Of a stretch of 64,000 nucleotides of DNA, positions 25,343-38,534 are shown one piece after another (within the stretch, counting starts at the first letter, position 1; each line of letters starts with the position of its first letter). The position numbers and the translations under genes were made by a program. Under the pieces are notes generated by a model that was not told the origin of the DNA, searched no databases, and worked only from the letters and a program-made list of their open reading frames with translations. Source of the stretch: Octopus bimaculoides (Eukaryota); the NCBI RefSeq assembly GCF_001194135.2, contig NC_068986.1:25461884-25525883 (forward strand), written 5' to 3'.

Positions 25343-25432
25343 ATTTCTCTGAAGAGACGATTACATCTTTTTCAACATCACTCATTCCTTTGGAAGGAAC
25401 CATTGGTAATCTTCGAAACATATGTCGGAAAT
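25343..25432 (+). ncRNA. Type I hammerhead ribozyme motif (Penelope/retrozyme-like) with enlarged loop II
   Basis: Stem I ATTTCT(25343-48)/GGAAAT(25427-32); core CTGAAGA(25349-55); stem II GACGATTAC(25356-64)/GTAATCTTC(25406-14), 8 of 9 pairs; GAAA(25415-18); palindromic stem III ACATATGT(25418-25); cleavage triplet GTC ending at 25426; AATAAA at 25430-35. Confidence 0.65.
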
Positions 25433-25473
25433 AAAAGATTTCATTTAACATATGCGTATTACTCCATTTATTA

Positions 25474-25505
<32 letters not shown>

Positions 25506-27029
25506 NNNNNNNNNNNNNNNNNNNNNNNNNNNNNNNNNNNNNNNNNNNNNNNNNNNNNNNNNNNNNNNNNNNNNNNNNNNNNNNNNNNNNNNNNNNNNNN
25601 NNNNNNNNNNNNNNNNNNNNNNNNNNNNNNNNNNNNNNNNNNNNNNNNNNNNNNNNNNNNNNNNNNNNNNNNNNNNNNNNNNNNNNNNNNNNNNNNNNNN
25701 NNNNNNNNNNNNNNNNNNNNNNNNNNNNNNNNNNNNNNNNNNNNNNNNNNNNNNNNNNNNNNNNNNNNNNNNNNNNNNNNNNNNNNNNNNNNNNNNNNNN
25801 NNNNNNNNNNNNNNNNNNNNNNNNNNNNNNNNNNNNNNNNNNNNNNNNNNNNNNNNNNNNNNNNNNNNNNNNNNNNNNNNNNNNNNNNNNNNNNNNNNNN
25901 NNNNNNNNNNNNNNNNNNNNNNNNNNNNNNNNNNNNNNNNNNNNNNNNNNNNNNNNNNNNNNNNNNNNNNNNNNNNNNNNNNNNNNNNNNNNNNNNNNNN
26001 NNNNNNNNNNNNNNNNNNNNNNNNNNNNNNNNNNNNNNNNNNNNNNNNNNNNNNNNNNNNNNNNNNNNNNNNNNNNNNNNNNNNNNNNNNNNNNNNNNNN
26101 NNNNNNNNNNNNNNNNNNNNNNNNNNNNNNNNNNNNNNNNNNNNNNNNNNNNNNNNNNNNNNNNNNNNNNNNNNNNNNNNNNNNNNNNNNNNNNNNNNNN
26201 NNNNNNNNNNNNNNNNNNNNNNNNNNNNNNNNNNNNNNNNNNNNNNNNNNNNNNNNNNNNNNNNNNNNNNNNNNNNNNNNNNNNNNNNNNNNNNNNNNNN
26301 NNNNNNNNNNNNNNNNNNNNNNNNNNNNNNNNNNNNNNNNNNNNNNNNNNNNNNNNNNNNNNNNNNNNNNNNNNNNNNNNNNNNNNNNNNNNNNNNNNNN
26401 NNNNNNNNNNNNNNNNNNNNNNNNNNNNNNNNNNNNNNNNNNNNNNNNNNNNNNNNNNNNNNNNNNNNNNNNNNNNNNNNNNNTATATACATATGTGTGT
26501 TTGTGTGTCTGTGTTTGTCCCCCCACCATCACTTGACAACCGATGGTGGTGTGTTTACGTTCCCGTAACTTAGCAGTTCGGCAAAAAGAGACCGATAGAA
26601 GTACTGCGCTTACAAAGAATAAGTCCTGGGGTCGATTTTCTCGACTAAAAGCGGTGCTCCAGCATGGCCACAGTCAAATAACTGAAACAAGTAAAAGAGT
26701 ATATCTGTCTAGCTGTCTGTCTGTGTGTTTGTGCAAGTTTGTATTTCCCTCGTTTTTGCTGGTTTGTAAACAGTAGCTTCTTTACATGCCTTGACGTGCT
26801 GCACGAGCTTTGTAAACGAAGGGCTCATTCATAATGCATCCTTTGTTTCCATTTCTCTGCATGAAACATGCCTGGACTATTTGTTTATTTAATAAACCGG
26901 AAGATTACTACCCCACTTGGAAACAAGAGGAGGTTGACAACAACAGAAAGGGCATCCAGTCACAGAAGCTCTGTTCCAAAGTACTCTTGTGTCACCCATG
27001 CAAGCATGGAAAAGTTGACATTAAAAAGA

Positions 27030-27090
27030 AGATGATGATGCTTTGATGATGATTTGATGATGATGATGATGATGATGATATTAATGATAT

Positions 27091-27122
<32 letters not shown>

Positions 27123-27426
27123 GTTTGATGATGATGTTGATGATGTTGATGATGATGACGATTTGATGATGATGATGATGTTGATGATGACGATTTGATG
27201 ATGATGATGATGATTTGATGATGATGATGATGTTGATGATGATGATTTGATGATGATGATGATGATGTTGATGACGATTTGATGACGATTTGATGATGAT
27301 TTGATGACTTGATGATGATGATGATGATATTGATGATATTGATGATGACGATTTGATGATGATGATGATTTGATGATGATGATGATGATTTGATGATGAT
27401 GATGATGATGATGATATTGATGATAT

Positions 27427-27460
<34 letters not shown>

Positions 27461-27617
27461 ATTGATGATGATATTGATGATGATGATGATATTGATGATG
27501 ATGATGATATTGATGATATTGATGATGATGATGATGATGATGATATTGATGATGATGATGATGATATTGATGATATTGATGATGATGATGATGATGATGA
27601 TATTGATGATGATGATA
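27030..27617. repeat. Long degenerate (GAT)n array with higher-order variants
   Basis: About 590 bp of gat units with gatt, gtt, gac and att variant blocks. Confidence 0.95.
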
Positions 27618-29054
27618 TTACCAGACAGTCTCTCTCCCACAACGCATCCCTTCAAAAAACATGTATGATATATACATGCACGTACTTATTTTGTTTATAA
27701 ATTGCTGGTATGGGACACTGCATTTCGTTTTGCAGCCATGATATACCACCAAGTATATGAAAGGCTTATGACTCAATACTGTGCCTCACCTGTGTTAGCA
27801 GTGTTACGAATTCACATCTTAAAGTTAACTCTACAGACATTCTATAGAAATTAGAGCCAGCACGGTATCGACTAGTGCCGGCTCTAATATCTACAGTATA
27901 TCTGTAGAGATAACTTTAAAAAGCTATCTTGTTTACGTATTTGAAATAAAGGAAGTTTCAGCCATCTCAATTAATCATTGGATTGTTGATATCTAAGAAG
28001 CACCGGAATGCCTATTTATCCATGATATATGTTTTAGTTGGAACGCTATAGGTATAATGATAGGATTGGTTCTGCTCTGATGTGATTCTCAAATGTCTGA
28101 AATCTATTTTGCTAATAAATAAAAATTCTTGCTATGGGTTCAAATTGCATCTGCAACATTTATTCATGCAGCTGATTGATATATTGCAAAGCAACATGTG
28201 ATCTTAGTCATCATCATCATCATCATCATCGTTGTGATTGTTTTAATGTTCACGTTTCTCTGCTTGCATGTGTCTGACAGAATTTGTGGAAGCAGATTTT
28301 CTACAGCTGGGTGCCTTTTCTGTTGATAACACTCATCTGTTTGCAAGCAAGATATTTTTTTTTTTTTTTTTACCATGGCCAGACATGTTTTTCACAGAAG
28401 TTTGGGTAGGAATTATGCTTGTTTACAACCATCACAGAATGCTAAAACAAGATAACACCCACCCTCACACACATATACATACAGACATTCATACATACAT
28501 GCCTACATGCACACACACACGCACACACACACACAAACATACTTATCTGTACATGTGTGATGGGCTTCTTTCAGTTTCTGTCTTCCAAATTCACTGACAA
28601 GACTTTGGTCATGGGCTATAGCAGGAAGAAGACATTTGCTGAAGTTACCATACAGTGGAACTGAACCTGAAACCATCTGTTTTGGAAGCAAGCTTCTTAA
28701 TCGCATTGCTATGCCTGCACCTAAAGTGAACCACTGAAAAGATGCAATACATTGACACGGTAGCATTTGACTGGAATTTTTTCTTGGCTCCAGAAGGATG
28801 AAAGGCAAAGTTGACCTCAGCAGGATTTGAAATCAGAGTATAAAGAGCTGGAACAAATTCTGTAAAGTATTTTTTCTGATGCGTTTATGATTCTGCCAAA
28901 AGAGTGCCATTTGGTCAGACCTGATCAAATAGAATCATGGATCAAGAGCTTTCCAGTTGTAACTATTCAGTTATTTTGAATATCTTAGGCTCTGTTGATC
29001 GATGTGTCCTTCTTCTCTGTTGACAGTATGGCTTAATGATATTTGGTTGCTGTT

Positions 29055-29718
29055 CAAGGCAGCGAGCTGCCAGAAACGTTCGCACGCCGGGTGAAATGCT
29101 AAGTGGTATTTCGTCTGCCACTACGTTCTGAGTTCAAATTCTGCCGAGGTCGACTTTGCCTTTCATCCTTTTGGAGTCGATTAAATAAGTACCAGTTATG
29201 CACTGGGGTCAATATAATCGACTTACTCTGTTTGTCCTTCTTTGTCCCCTCTGTGTGTAGCCCCTTGTGGGCAGTAAAGAAATAAGAAACATTGGCACAC
29301 CAGGTGAAATGCTTTGTGGTATTTCGTCTGTCTTTATGTTCTGAGTTCAAATTCCACTGAGGTCGATTGTACATTTCATCCTTTCGGGGTCAGTAAATTA
29401 AGTACCAGCTGCATATTGAGGATTGATCTAATCGACTGCCCCCCACTCCCCAAAAATATCGAGCCTTATCCCGAGAGTAGGAAAGAATATATTGAGTATT
29501 AAAGGCAGCGAGCTGGCAGAAATGTTAGCATACTGGGCGGAATGCTTAGCGGCATTTTGTCTGTCTTTATGTTCTGAGTTCAAATCCCACCAAGGTCGAC
29601 TTTGCCTTTCATCCTTTTGGGGTCAATAAATTAAGTACCAGTTGTGTGCTGGGATCACTCTAATCGACTGGCCCCCTTCCCAAAAATTTCGGGTCTTATG
29701 CCTAGAGTAGAAAAGGTT
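29055..29718 (+). mobile_element. Trimeric family B SINE block bounded by one TSD
   Basis: Three monomers (ggcagcgagctggcagaa..ctgagttcaaatt..gaggtcgactttgcctttcatccttt..ggggtcgat..aagtaccag); 14-bp direct repeat atttggttgctgtt at 29041-54 and 29719-32. A fourth degenerate monomer follows at about 29760-29880. Confidence 0.75.
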
Positions 29719-30071
29719 ATTTGGTTGCTGTTTCTTGCAGGTAGATCATTAAGAGACAGTCAATTGGCAGAGTCATTGGAGCATCAGGTAGAGTGCCTCA
29801 TGGTATTTGTTCTGATTCTCTGTGCTCTGAGCTCGAATCCCACTGAGGTCAACTTAGCCTATCATCCTTTTGAGGCTAATCTAAACAAGGACCAATCCAG
29901 TGGGGTGGAAGAGACTCACAAACATTCAAGCCAGATCCCCATTTTTGGGGATCCCTTCCTCCCTCCCTCCTTCCCTCTACCAATCTTGGAGGCCCTTGAA
30001 AAGGCCATTGGCATTGCCTTCCTTCCTGACTAGAAGATAACAATATATATCTTTTATCTTTTAGTAGTAGC

Positions 30072-30112
<41 letters not shown>

Positions 30113-30450
30113 CAGCAGCAGCAGCAGCAGTAAGATAGTTTCGAGCTGAATTTGAAACTTAATTGCAAATTCTTTTTTGATGGAATTTTTATTCTATAGA
30201 AGAAAGATTATTCAAAACTGGACTTGATAATAATAAATTTAACTTCTCTCTTCATTTTCATTTTTAATCTTCGCAATTAGTTGAAAAAGAAAAAAAAGGA
30301 AAGTACAAAATATCTTTTCATATAACCTAATCTTGATACACGCTGTGAATTTTATATATATACATATACATAAATACATACATGCATACACACATACATA
30401 CACACATACACATGCATATGTGTATGTGTGTCTCTGTGTGTGTGTGTGTG

Positions 30451-30481
<31 letters not shown>

Positions 30482-31094
30482 CTCATCATTATCATCATCA
30501 TCGTTTAACATCCCATGCTAGCATATATATATATATATATATACAAATAAATGCAAAAATGGTAATATATACTAATGGTATAATATAATTTCATGTGTTT
30601 AATGAGACACAAACACACATATGCACACACACACACATGTACACACAAACATATCGTTAAAATATAAACATAATATCATTAGTATTGTGTTTACAGCATG
30701 TTTATTGATCATTAGTGGCCAAACCATACTTTTTTTTTTTTGGTCTCTTTTCTGGCTCATAGGTTTAAAGAACAGTTTTCGCACATAACAGTAAATATTA
30801 TGTCAAATGTAATTACTATTTTTAATTCAGTCACATTCCATTTAGTTACCATAGAAACCAATAACAGAAAATACCTTCTTATGCAAGCTTCTTGAATTTC
30901 AATTCCCCATTAGAATGGTTTTCATCCACATCAGGAAATAGGTTTGACTTCCTCCAATCTGCATTTGCACGCTAATGCCTGATGTGCTGCAACTTGTTAT
31001 ATTAATAACTTCTCAGCTTTAATTTGTACATGACATCCAATATATTTTATTCAGTCTTCCATTTAACTATACATGCATACATATTCACATCTTA

Positions 31095-31290
31095 TGTAGG
31101 CACAGGTGTGCCTATGTGATTGAGGAGTTTCGTTTAGCAACCATTTGCTCTTGGTTTCAGTTCCTCTGTATAGTATGTTGGGCAAGTGTCTCTTTCTATA
31201 GCCTTGAGCCAGCCAATGCTTTGTAAGTGGATTTGGTCAACAGAAACTGAAAGAAGCCTGTCATATATGTATCTATCAACACACACACAC

Positions 31291-31333
<43 letters not shown>

Positions 31334-31776
31334 GGCATGGCAGTGTGCTAAGAAGTTTGCATCCCAACTACATGGTTCTGGGTTCAGTCCCATTGTGCAG
31401 CACCTTGGGCAAGTGTCTTTTACTATAGCGTTGGGCTGACCAAAACTTTATAAGTGGATTTGGTAGACGGAAACTGAAAGAAGCCCATTGCTAGAGAGAA
31501 AAATGCATACTCACATGTAGACTTCATAACAGTTTCAGTTTACTGTTCCACTCATAAGGCATTGGTGAAACTTCAGGTTCTCATAGAGAAGGCATTTGCT
31601 CAAAGTTACCACACACTGGGCTTTGTAATGCAAGTAGGCTTGTTTTTTTCCTTAGAGTACATAGTTATGAAGTGAACTTCTTAACCATACAGCCATACCT
31701 GCTCTTAAAGTCATGTACGTTTTAAAATCCAAGGTTAGTTTTATACAGAATTGTTATAACATGAAAGAAGTATATG

Positions 31777-31813
<37 letters not shown>

Positions 31814-32039
31814 TCTTTTATTCTTTTACTTGTTTCAGTCATTTGACTGTGGCCATGTTGGAGCATTGCCTTGAAGGGTTTTAGTCAAACAAATCAACAC
31901 CAAGGCTTACTTTTTAAGCTTAAGACTTATTCTATCAGGGTTTTTGCCAAACCGCTAAGTTTTGGGGATGTAAACACACCAACACTGGTTGTCAAGTGGT
32001 AATGGGTGGGACAAACACAGACATAAAAACACACATATA

Positions 32040-32095
<56 letters not shown>

Positions 32096-32221
32096 NNNNN
32101 NNNNNACCAAATCCACTTACAGGGCTTTGCTCGGCCCAAGACTATAACAGAAGACACTTGCCCAAGGTCCCATGCAGTGGAACTGAACCCAGGACCATGT
32201 GGTTGGGAAGCAAGCTTCTTA

Positions 32222-32225
<4 letters not shown>
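31095..32225. mobile_element. Cluster of family A SINEs (two + heads separated by (GATA)n; one - copy at about 31815-32225)
   Basis: Head motif at about 31095 and 31335; reverse-complement full copy with internal (CA)n and a 10-N gap. Confidence 0.75.
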
Positions 32226-32268
<43 letters not shown>

Positions 32269-32746
32269 TAATGTAGAATCTTACTGTTTATGCATGCAAC
32301 ATGAAATGGAAAGTAATATTATCAGTGATTTAGCTGATTCTTCCCATTGGTCAGTTTTTATATGCTAGTCCCTCAGGTCACAGATAAATTGTCAGTCTTA
32401 GTGGCTGTACGCATCAACATATATAATCTTTTGCACTGTTCTGCATGAAGTGTGAATTAACAAGTAAATAACTCAGCAGCCATACCCTGAGTCATACTTA
32501 TATTATTGTAATATATATGATGGCTTCATAACATTGTCATTTATTTATTTACTCTGTTATTATTGGGGGTTTTTTTTTTGTTTCTGTTCATCTGATTTCC
32601 TTCCTGTCTTTCATGGTCACATGGGATAATTATTTTCTTATGGAATATCTGATACCATTGATTTCTTGAGCAAGAGATTCTTCCGTGTTCATGTTTTGAT
32701 GTATGTATTTTAGATTTTTCAGAGCAAAGCAAGTGTTAATTAATTC

Positions 32747-33005
32747 TATATAAAAAGTATTATATATGATAATATTGTATTTCTACATAAAAATATTATA
32801 TATGATAAATATATTTCGCTATAAAAATATTATATATATCATAAATATTTTATTTCTATATAAAAATATTATAAATGATTAATATTATATTTCTATATAA
32901 AAATATTATATATGATAAATATATTTCTGTATAAAAATATTATATATGATAAATATATTTCTGTATAAAAATATTATATATGATAAATATTATATTTCTA
33001 TATAA
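32747..33005. repeat. AT-rich 34-36 bp minisatellite (about 7 copies)
   Basis: Unit tataaaaatattatatatgataaatatatttctg. Confidence 0.85.
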
Positions 33006-34465
33006 AACTATCACCTACTCATATTTTATGAGAAGCTGGAGATTCTTTAATCATGATTTTGAGTTTCAAATTGTTGAATCAGTTGAGATAGGTGGGAAGC
33101 TGTATAACAATATAAAAGGGATAATAATCACAAACACATCGAAATTTGATGAGCTAACAATACATGGAAATTTGATTAGTTGCCAACTACATACATATAT
33201 ATGTATATGCACACACATACATTACATACATGTATACATAGTCATCCATACACTTATATGATTCTGAATGTGTGCGTAAGAATGAATATCTAAACCAACA
33301 GTCTGTGAATGAAAATGCATCACACACACTGTATATATACTGTTTTACTTGATATAGAATGGGTTGGACGGGTTTTATTTCTGCTCTCCTAGATGAGTTA
33401 GGAACTCACATCTTACAAGTTGCATTTTGGGCTTGGTTTCCATGGCTAGATAGATACTAAGCAGATTAGTCTGGATCTGGTGAGCTTTGTGGAAGAAACT
33501 TTCACGATACAATGGAAAGGAAGGGTGGTTGCGGCAACGCATTGTGAAGCCCAGAGAGCAAGATGAGGCAAGTAAGACATCTTGGTCATCTACTGCATCT
33601 CTCTCTCCATCCCTAGGCATATTGACCTGGTCTTGCCACTGGATTGAAGATAGTCACAGACAAGAAAATGAGGTTGACTGTGTGTAACTCTTCTTCACTA
33701 TATTGAAAGTCACCATGCAATTCTTCAGTCATTCTTCATCCCTTTATCATGGTTGGCTAGATGGTCCTTATCTTTGTCCATGATAAGGTCCTTTGTCCTT
33801 ATCATGGACAAAGACAAAATAATCAGATTGTATGTATTACTATCTTTATAGTGGAGGTACATGGTTGCATGGTTTAGTGGTTAGAGTGCTGGATTCATAA
33901 TCATAAGATTGTGGTCTTGATTCCTGGATCAGGTTGTGTGTTGTGTTCTTGAGCAAAACACTTCATTTCACATTGCTCCAGTCCACCCAGCTGGTAAAAA
34001 TGAGTAATTCTGCAATGGACTAGTATCCAGTCCAGGGACAAATATATCTGCCGGAAAAACCAGGAAACTGGCCCTATGCACCTTATTGAGTAATGTGGGC
34101 TAACCATTATCTTTATAGGTGTTAGGAATTTATTGTCAAGTAATGTAAATTTGGCAACGTGGATCCAAATGCATTTGCATAAGGAATATGATCTGGCGAA
34201 AAGGCTTGTATGCTTCTGACTGCACTTGTGTGATATGCATGTATGCAAAAAATTTGCCATCTGTTGTTTGTCAGGCCTACAAATTCTCTCTTTGGGTTAT
34301 AACTTCTCCCATCCCGCCATAATTAGTTTGGTGCAAGAACGAAAAAAGAAACAAGAAAGTCTTTCAACTTTTTTTCAGCTTTTATAATTTGTTACCCTGC
34401 TGCAAATATTCTAGCATTCATTTTTTAAAGTTTTACAATAATACAGGCTACTTACCATTTTTATA

Positions 34466-34743
34466 TTCTTTTGTTCTTTTACTTGTTTTAGTAATTTGAC
34501 TGCGGCCATGCTGGAGCACCACCTTTAGTCAAGCAAATTGACCCCAGGACTTATTCTTTGTAAGCCTAGTACTTATTCTATCGGTCTCTTTTTTTTTTGC
34601 CANNNNNNNNNNTGTAAGCCTAGTACTTATTCTATCGGTCTCTTTTTTTTTTGCCAAACCACTAAGATATAGGGACGTAGACACATCAACATCGGTTGTC
34701 AAGCAACGTTGGGAGGATAGATACACAAATACATACATATATG

Positions 34744-34792
<49 letters not shown>

Positions 34793-35172
34793 GGCATCTT
34801 TCAGTTTCTGTCTACCAAATCCACTTACAAGACTTTAGCCAGCCTGAAGCCACAGTATATGCACCTATGGTAAGCTACTTACCATTTTGACACACACACA
34901 CATGCACACACACATATAAAGTATGTACCTGACTTGAAAAATTGCTCCTAAAGCTAATTAAATGTGACACCCATTCTAGGATATGTGGCTGTATGGTAAG
35001 ATGTCTAATTCTCAACCACATGATTCTGGCATCTTGGGCAAGCATGTTTTTACTATAGTTCCAAGCCAGGCAAAGCCTTGTGAGTGGATTTGATAGACAG
35101 AAACTGAAAGAAGCCCATCATGTATATATATGGCTGTGTGGTAAGGAGCTTGCTTACCAACCNNNNNNNNNN

Positions 35173-35226
<54 letters not shown>

Positions 35227-35486
35227 TGTGTGTGTGTGTGTGCGTGTGTGTCTGTGTGTGTGTCTCTGTGTGTGTGTGTCTGTTTGTCCCCCACCCACTG
35301 CTTGACAACGAGTGTTTGCATCCCCGTAACTCACCAGTTTAGCAAAAGAGACTGATAGAATAAGTACTAGGCTTTAAAAATTATGTCCTGAGATCGATTT
35401 GTTTGACTAAAACCCTTCAAGCTGGTGCTCCAGCATGGCCTGCTGTCAAATGACTGAAACAAGTAAAATAATAAAGAATAAAAGAA
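34466..35486. mobile_element. Inverted family A SINE pair (- about 34466-34860; + about 34985-35486)
   Basis: Reverse-complement then forward matches to the family A consensus. Confidence 0.75.
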
Positions 35487-36618
35487 TATATATATATATA
35501 TATTATACTCACAAATAAACGTGTGTGTATGTGTGTGTGCACGCGCGCGTGCACATGCACATACTATTCTCTCCTTGCCTTTACATTGCTTGTTGGTTAT
35601 AAAAGAATGTCACCACCATGCAACTGGTGTCCTTTGTTCCTAATCATCTGGGAAAACAGGTCTGGTCATGGAGAAATATTATCTCACTTGGAAACAGGCA
35701 AAGTCTAGTGATAGGAAGGGCCTCCGGTCATAGGAAATTCACCGTAAATAAAGTTCCATCTGATCCATGCAAACACAAAAAAATGGGTATTAAAATCAAT
35801 TATCATGATGTTATATATAGATATATATATATACAGATATAGGGCAGGGAATCGTCAATTAGTAATAAAATTAATAATTAACAATTTTGCCAAGTAGTTC
35901 AGTATGAAAAAACCTTTATCGGTAAAACCATTTATAATCATAAATATACAGGGATTAGCTTGAGTTGCTTCTCCAACATACTGAAAATTTAGAAATAGCA
36001 GTCAAAGAACTACTGATTCCAAACTACAAATTTTTTCTCTAATAGATGGCGATATTTATGGCACACACAGAACAAAAAACAGAAGAGAAAAGCAAAAACA
36101 AACCTGCCTTTAGNNNNNNNNNNNNNNNNNNNNNNNNNNNNNNNNNNNNNNNNNNNNNNNNNNNNNNNNNNNNNNNNNNNNNNNNNNNNNNNNNNNNNNN
36201 NNNNNNNNNNNNNNNNNNNNNNNNNNNNNNNNNNNNNNNNNNNNNNNNNNNNNNNNNNNNNNNNNNNNNNNNNNNNNNNNNNNNNNNNNNNNNNNNNNNN
36301 NNNNNNNNNNNNNNNNNNNNNNNNNNNNNNNNNNNNNNNNNNNNNNNNNNNNNNNNNNNNNNNNNNNNNNNNNNNNNNNNNNNNNNNNNNNNNNNNNNNN
36401 NNNNNNNNNNNNNNNNNNNNNNNNNNNNNNNNNNNNNNNNNNNNNNNNNNNNNNNNNNNNNNNNNNNNNNNNNNNNNNNNNNNNNNNNNNNNNNNNNNNN
36501 NNNNNNNNNNNNNNNNNNNNNNNNNNNNNNNNNNNNNNNNNNNNNNNNNNNNNNNNNNNNNNNNNNNNNNNNNNNNNNNNNNNNNNNNNNNNNNNNNNNN
36601 NNNNNNNNNNNNNNNNNN

Positions 36619-36666
<48 letters not shown>

Positions 36667-38498
36667 CATGAGTGTGTGAGTGTGTGTTCTTACGTAGAAT
36701 AAATTAATTAGAATGCATTGCAGTTGTTATGTCGTGTGGTAAATACTTGTGGCTAATTAGTGAAAGATTTGAGTGTTGCTTACATACAATTAGGAATACT
36801 AACAAGCAGTTCAATGCTTAATGATATACAGTAACCTGTTTCCATATACTTAATTAGTGGTTAATCAAATACAGCAAATTAAAAGCTTTTATTTCAGTCC
36901 AGTTCTGATCTTTGCTAGCCTTTTGACCTTTAGTTTTTATTTACTATAAATATTGGTTGTTCTCTTGCAGAGACAATTAAGAATTTGAATGGGTTGTTTT
37001 TTTAATTGTTGTTTTAATAAGTTAGAAGAGGAAAAAGCAAGGATCAAAGCTTTTGTTGGATATTCAAGACTAACTTGATAGATTTGGTTGTTGTTCTGTT
37101 TATGAAGGCTGACAGCATTTATTGGGAAAATATTTGTGGAGATGAAATCTCAGACTGTTTGTAAGACTGTTGTGGCTAAGTGTTTAATGTAGGATCTGGG
37201 AGGTGTAATACAATATGAATAGCAGGAGATGAGGAATATGGAACATTGAATGGGCCTGGTTGAAAATAGCATTATAACTTGTAAGTTCATTGGAGCGGAG
37301 GCTACTGTAGCATCGGCAGAGAAGAAACAGTCTAATTGTGGACCAAATGGTTGTGATGGGTAGTGATGGCAGCATCAGTGACAGAGTTGACAACAGTGTT
37401 GTTTCATCCCAGGTCCCAATTAGAGATGTATGGAACGCCTAAGTAGGTAAACTTATGTAGGAAGTTTCCATATGCAGGAGTGGCTATGTGGTAAGTAGCT
37501 TGCTTGCCAACCACATGGTTCTGGGTTCAGTCTCACTGCATGGCACCTTGGGCAAGTGTCTTCTACTATAGCCTCAGGCTGACCAAAGCCTTGTGAGTGG
37601 ATTTGTTAGACAGAAACTAAAAGAAACCCGTTGTATGTGTGTGTGTCTGTGTGTCTGTATTTGTTCCCCCAAAATCTGAATGCCAAAGGGTTAAACAGAC
37701 TCATGACAAAGGATGTTCCAGTTGTAGCAATTTTGCTTTCTTTTTTTCTTTTTTAAATTATCAGAGATTAATTTGTTCTATGTACCCTCTTTACGATAAA
37801 TGAGTGTAATTCAGATGCCATTTCTAGCAGGTGAAGTGGGTGAGTACACAAAAGCTCCTCGATAATCTGTAAAAGAGGTTTGTTGTTTATATGTCTCTCA
37901 CAACCTTGGAAATGTCAAAAGAATAGAATCAAAAAAGTTGCCCTTCTTGAAAATGGAACATACTTTAATGTATGTGTGTGTGTTTTTTTTTTAATGTGTG
38001 CTTCCATAATTTGAGACTGGTCCCTGTAGAGAGAGAAAGATCAAAGAGTTGGGTGAGGATAGGAACTAGGATTTGATGTACAATTTGCAATTTGTATTAG
38101 TTTATTTTATAAGAACACTTTATAAGACTTGTCCGATGCTTTAGTCACTTTTGATCCAGCTAAGAGTGTCCATATAGTTTTGAATATGAATTATATGTGA
38201 AATAGTAACCAAGGAAAGGGAAATGAAATGATTAATATCTTCTAAATGATGTAATTTATTTATAGATAGAATATTTTAAAGACTTTTTTTTTTTATTTAT
38301 ATATTTATTGTGGTTCAGAAAATAGTTTGTCAAGAATATAATGTTATGTTTCAGCTTGGTTTAATGAAAGAGTTAAATAGTTGGGTAGAAAACATTTAAA
38401 AACAGATTTATTTCCGATTTTATGAGTCAGCGAAAAATGGCAAAATAACTTTTTTCCTGTATATTTCCTTTTAGATATGTATGTGCATGAGTGTGTGT

Positions 38499-38534
<36 letters not shown>

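Noticed and set aside
23408-26573. Long ORFs of 275-401 aa in the track
   Set aside because: They are open only because they run through N-gaps.
26960-27668. Poly-I/S/H/M ORFs
   Set aside because: Translations of the (GAT)n RTE-tail array.
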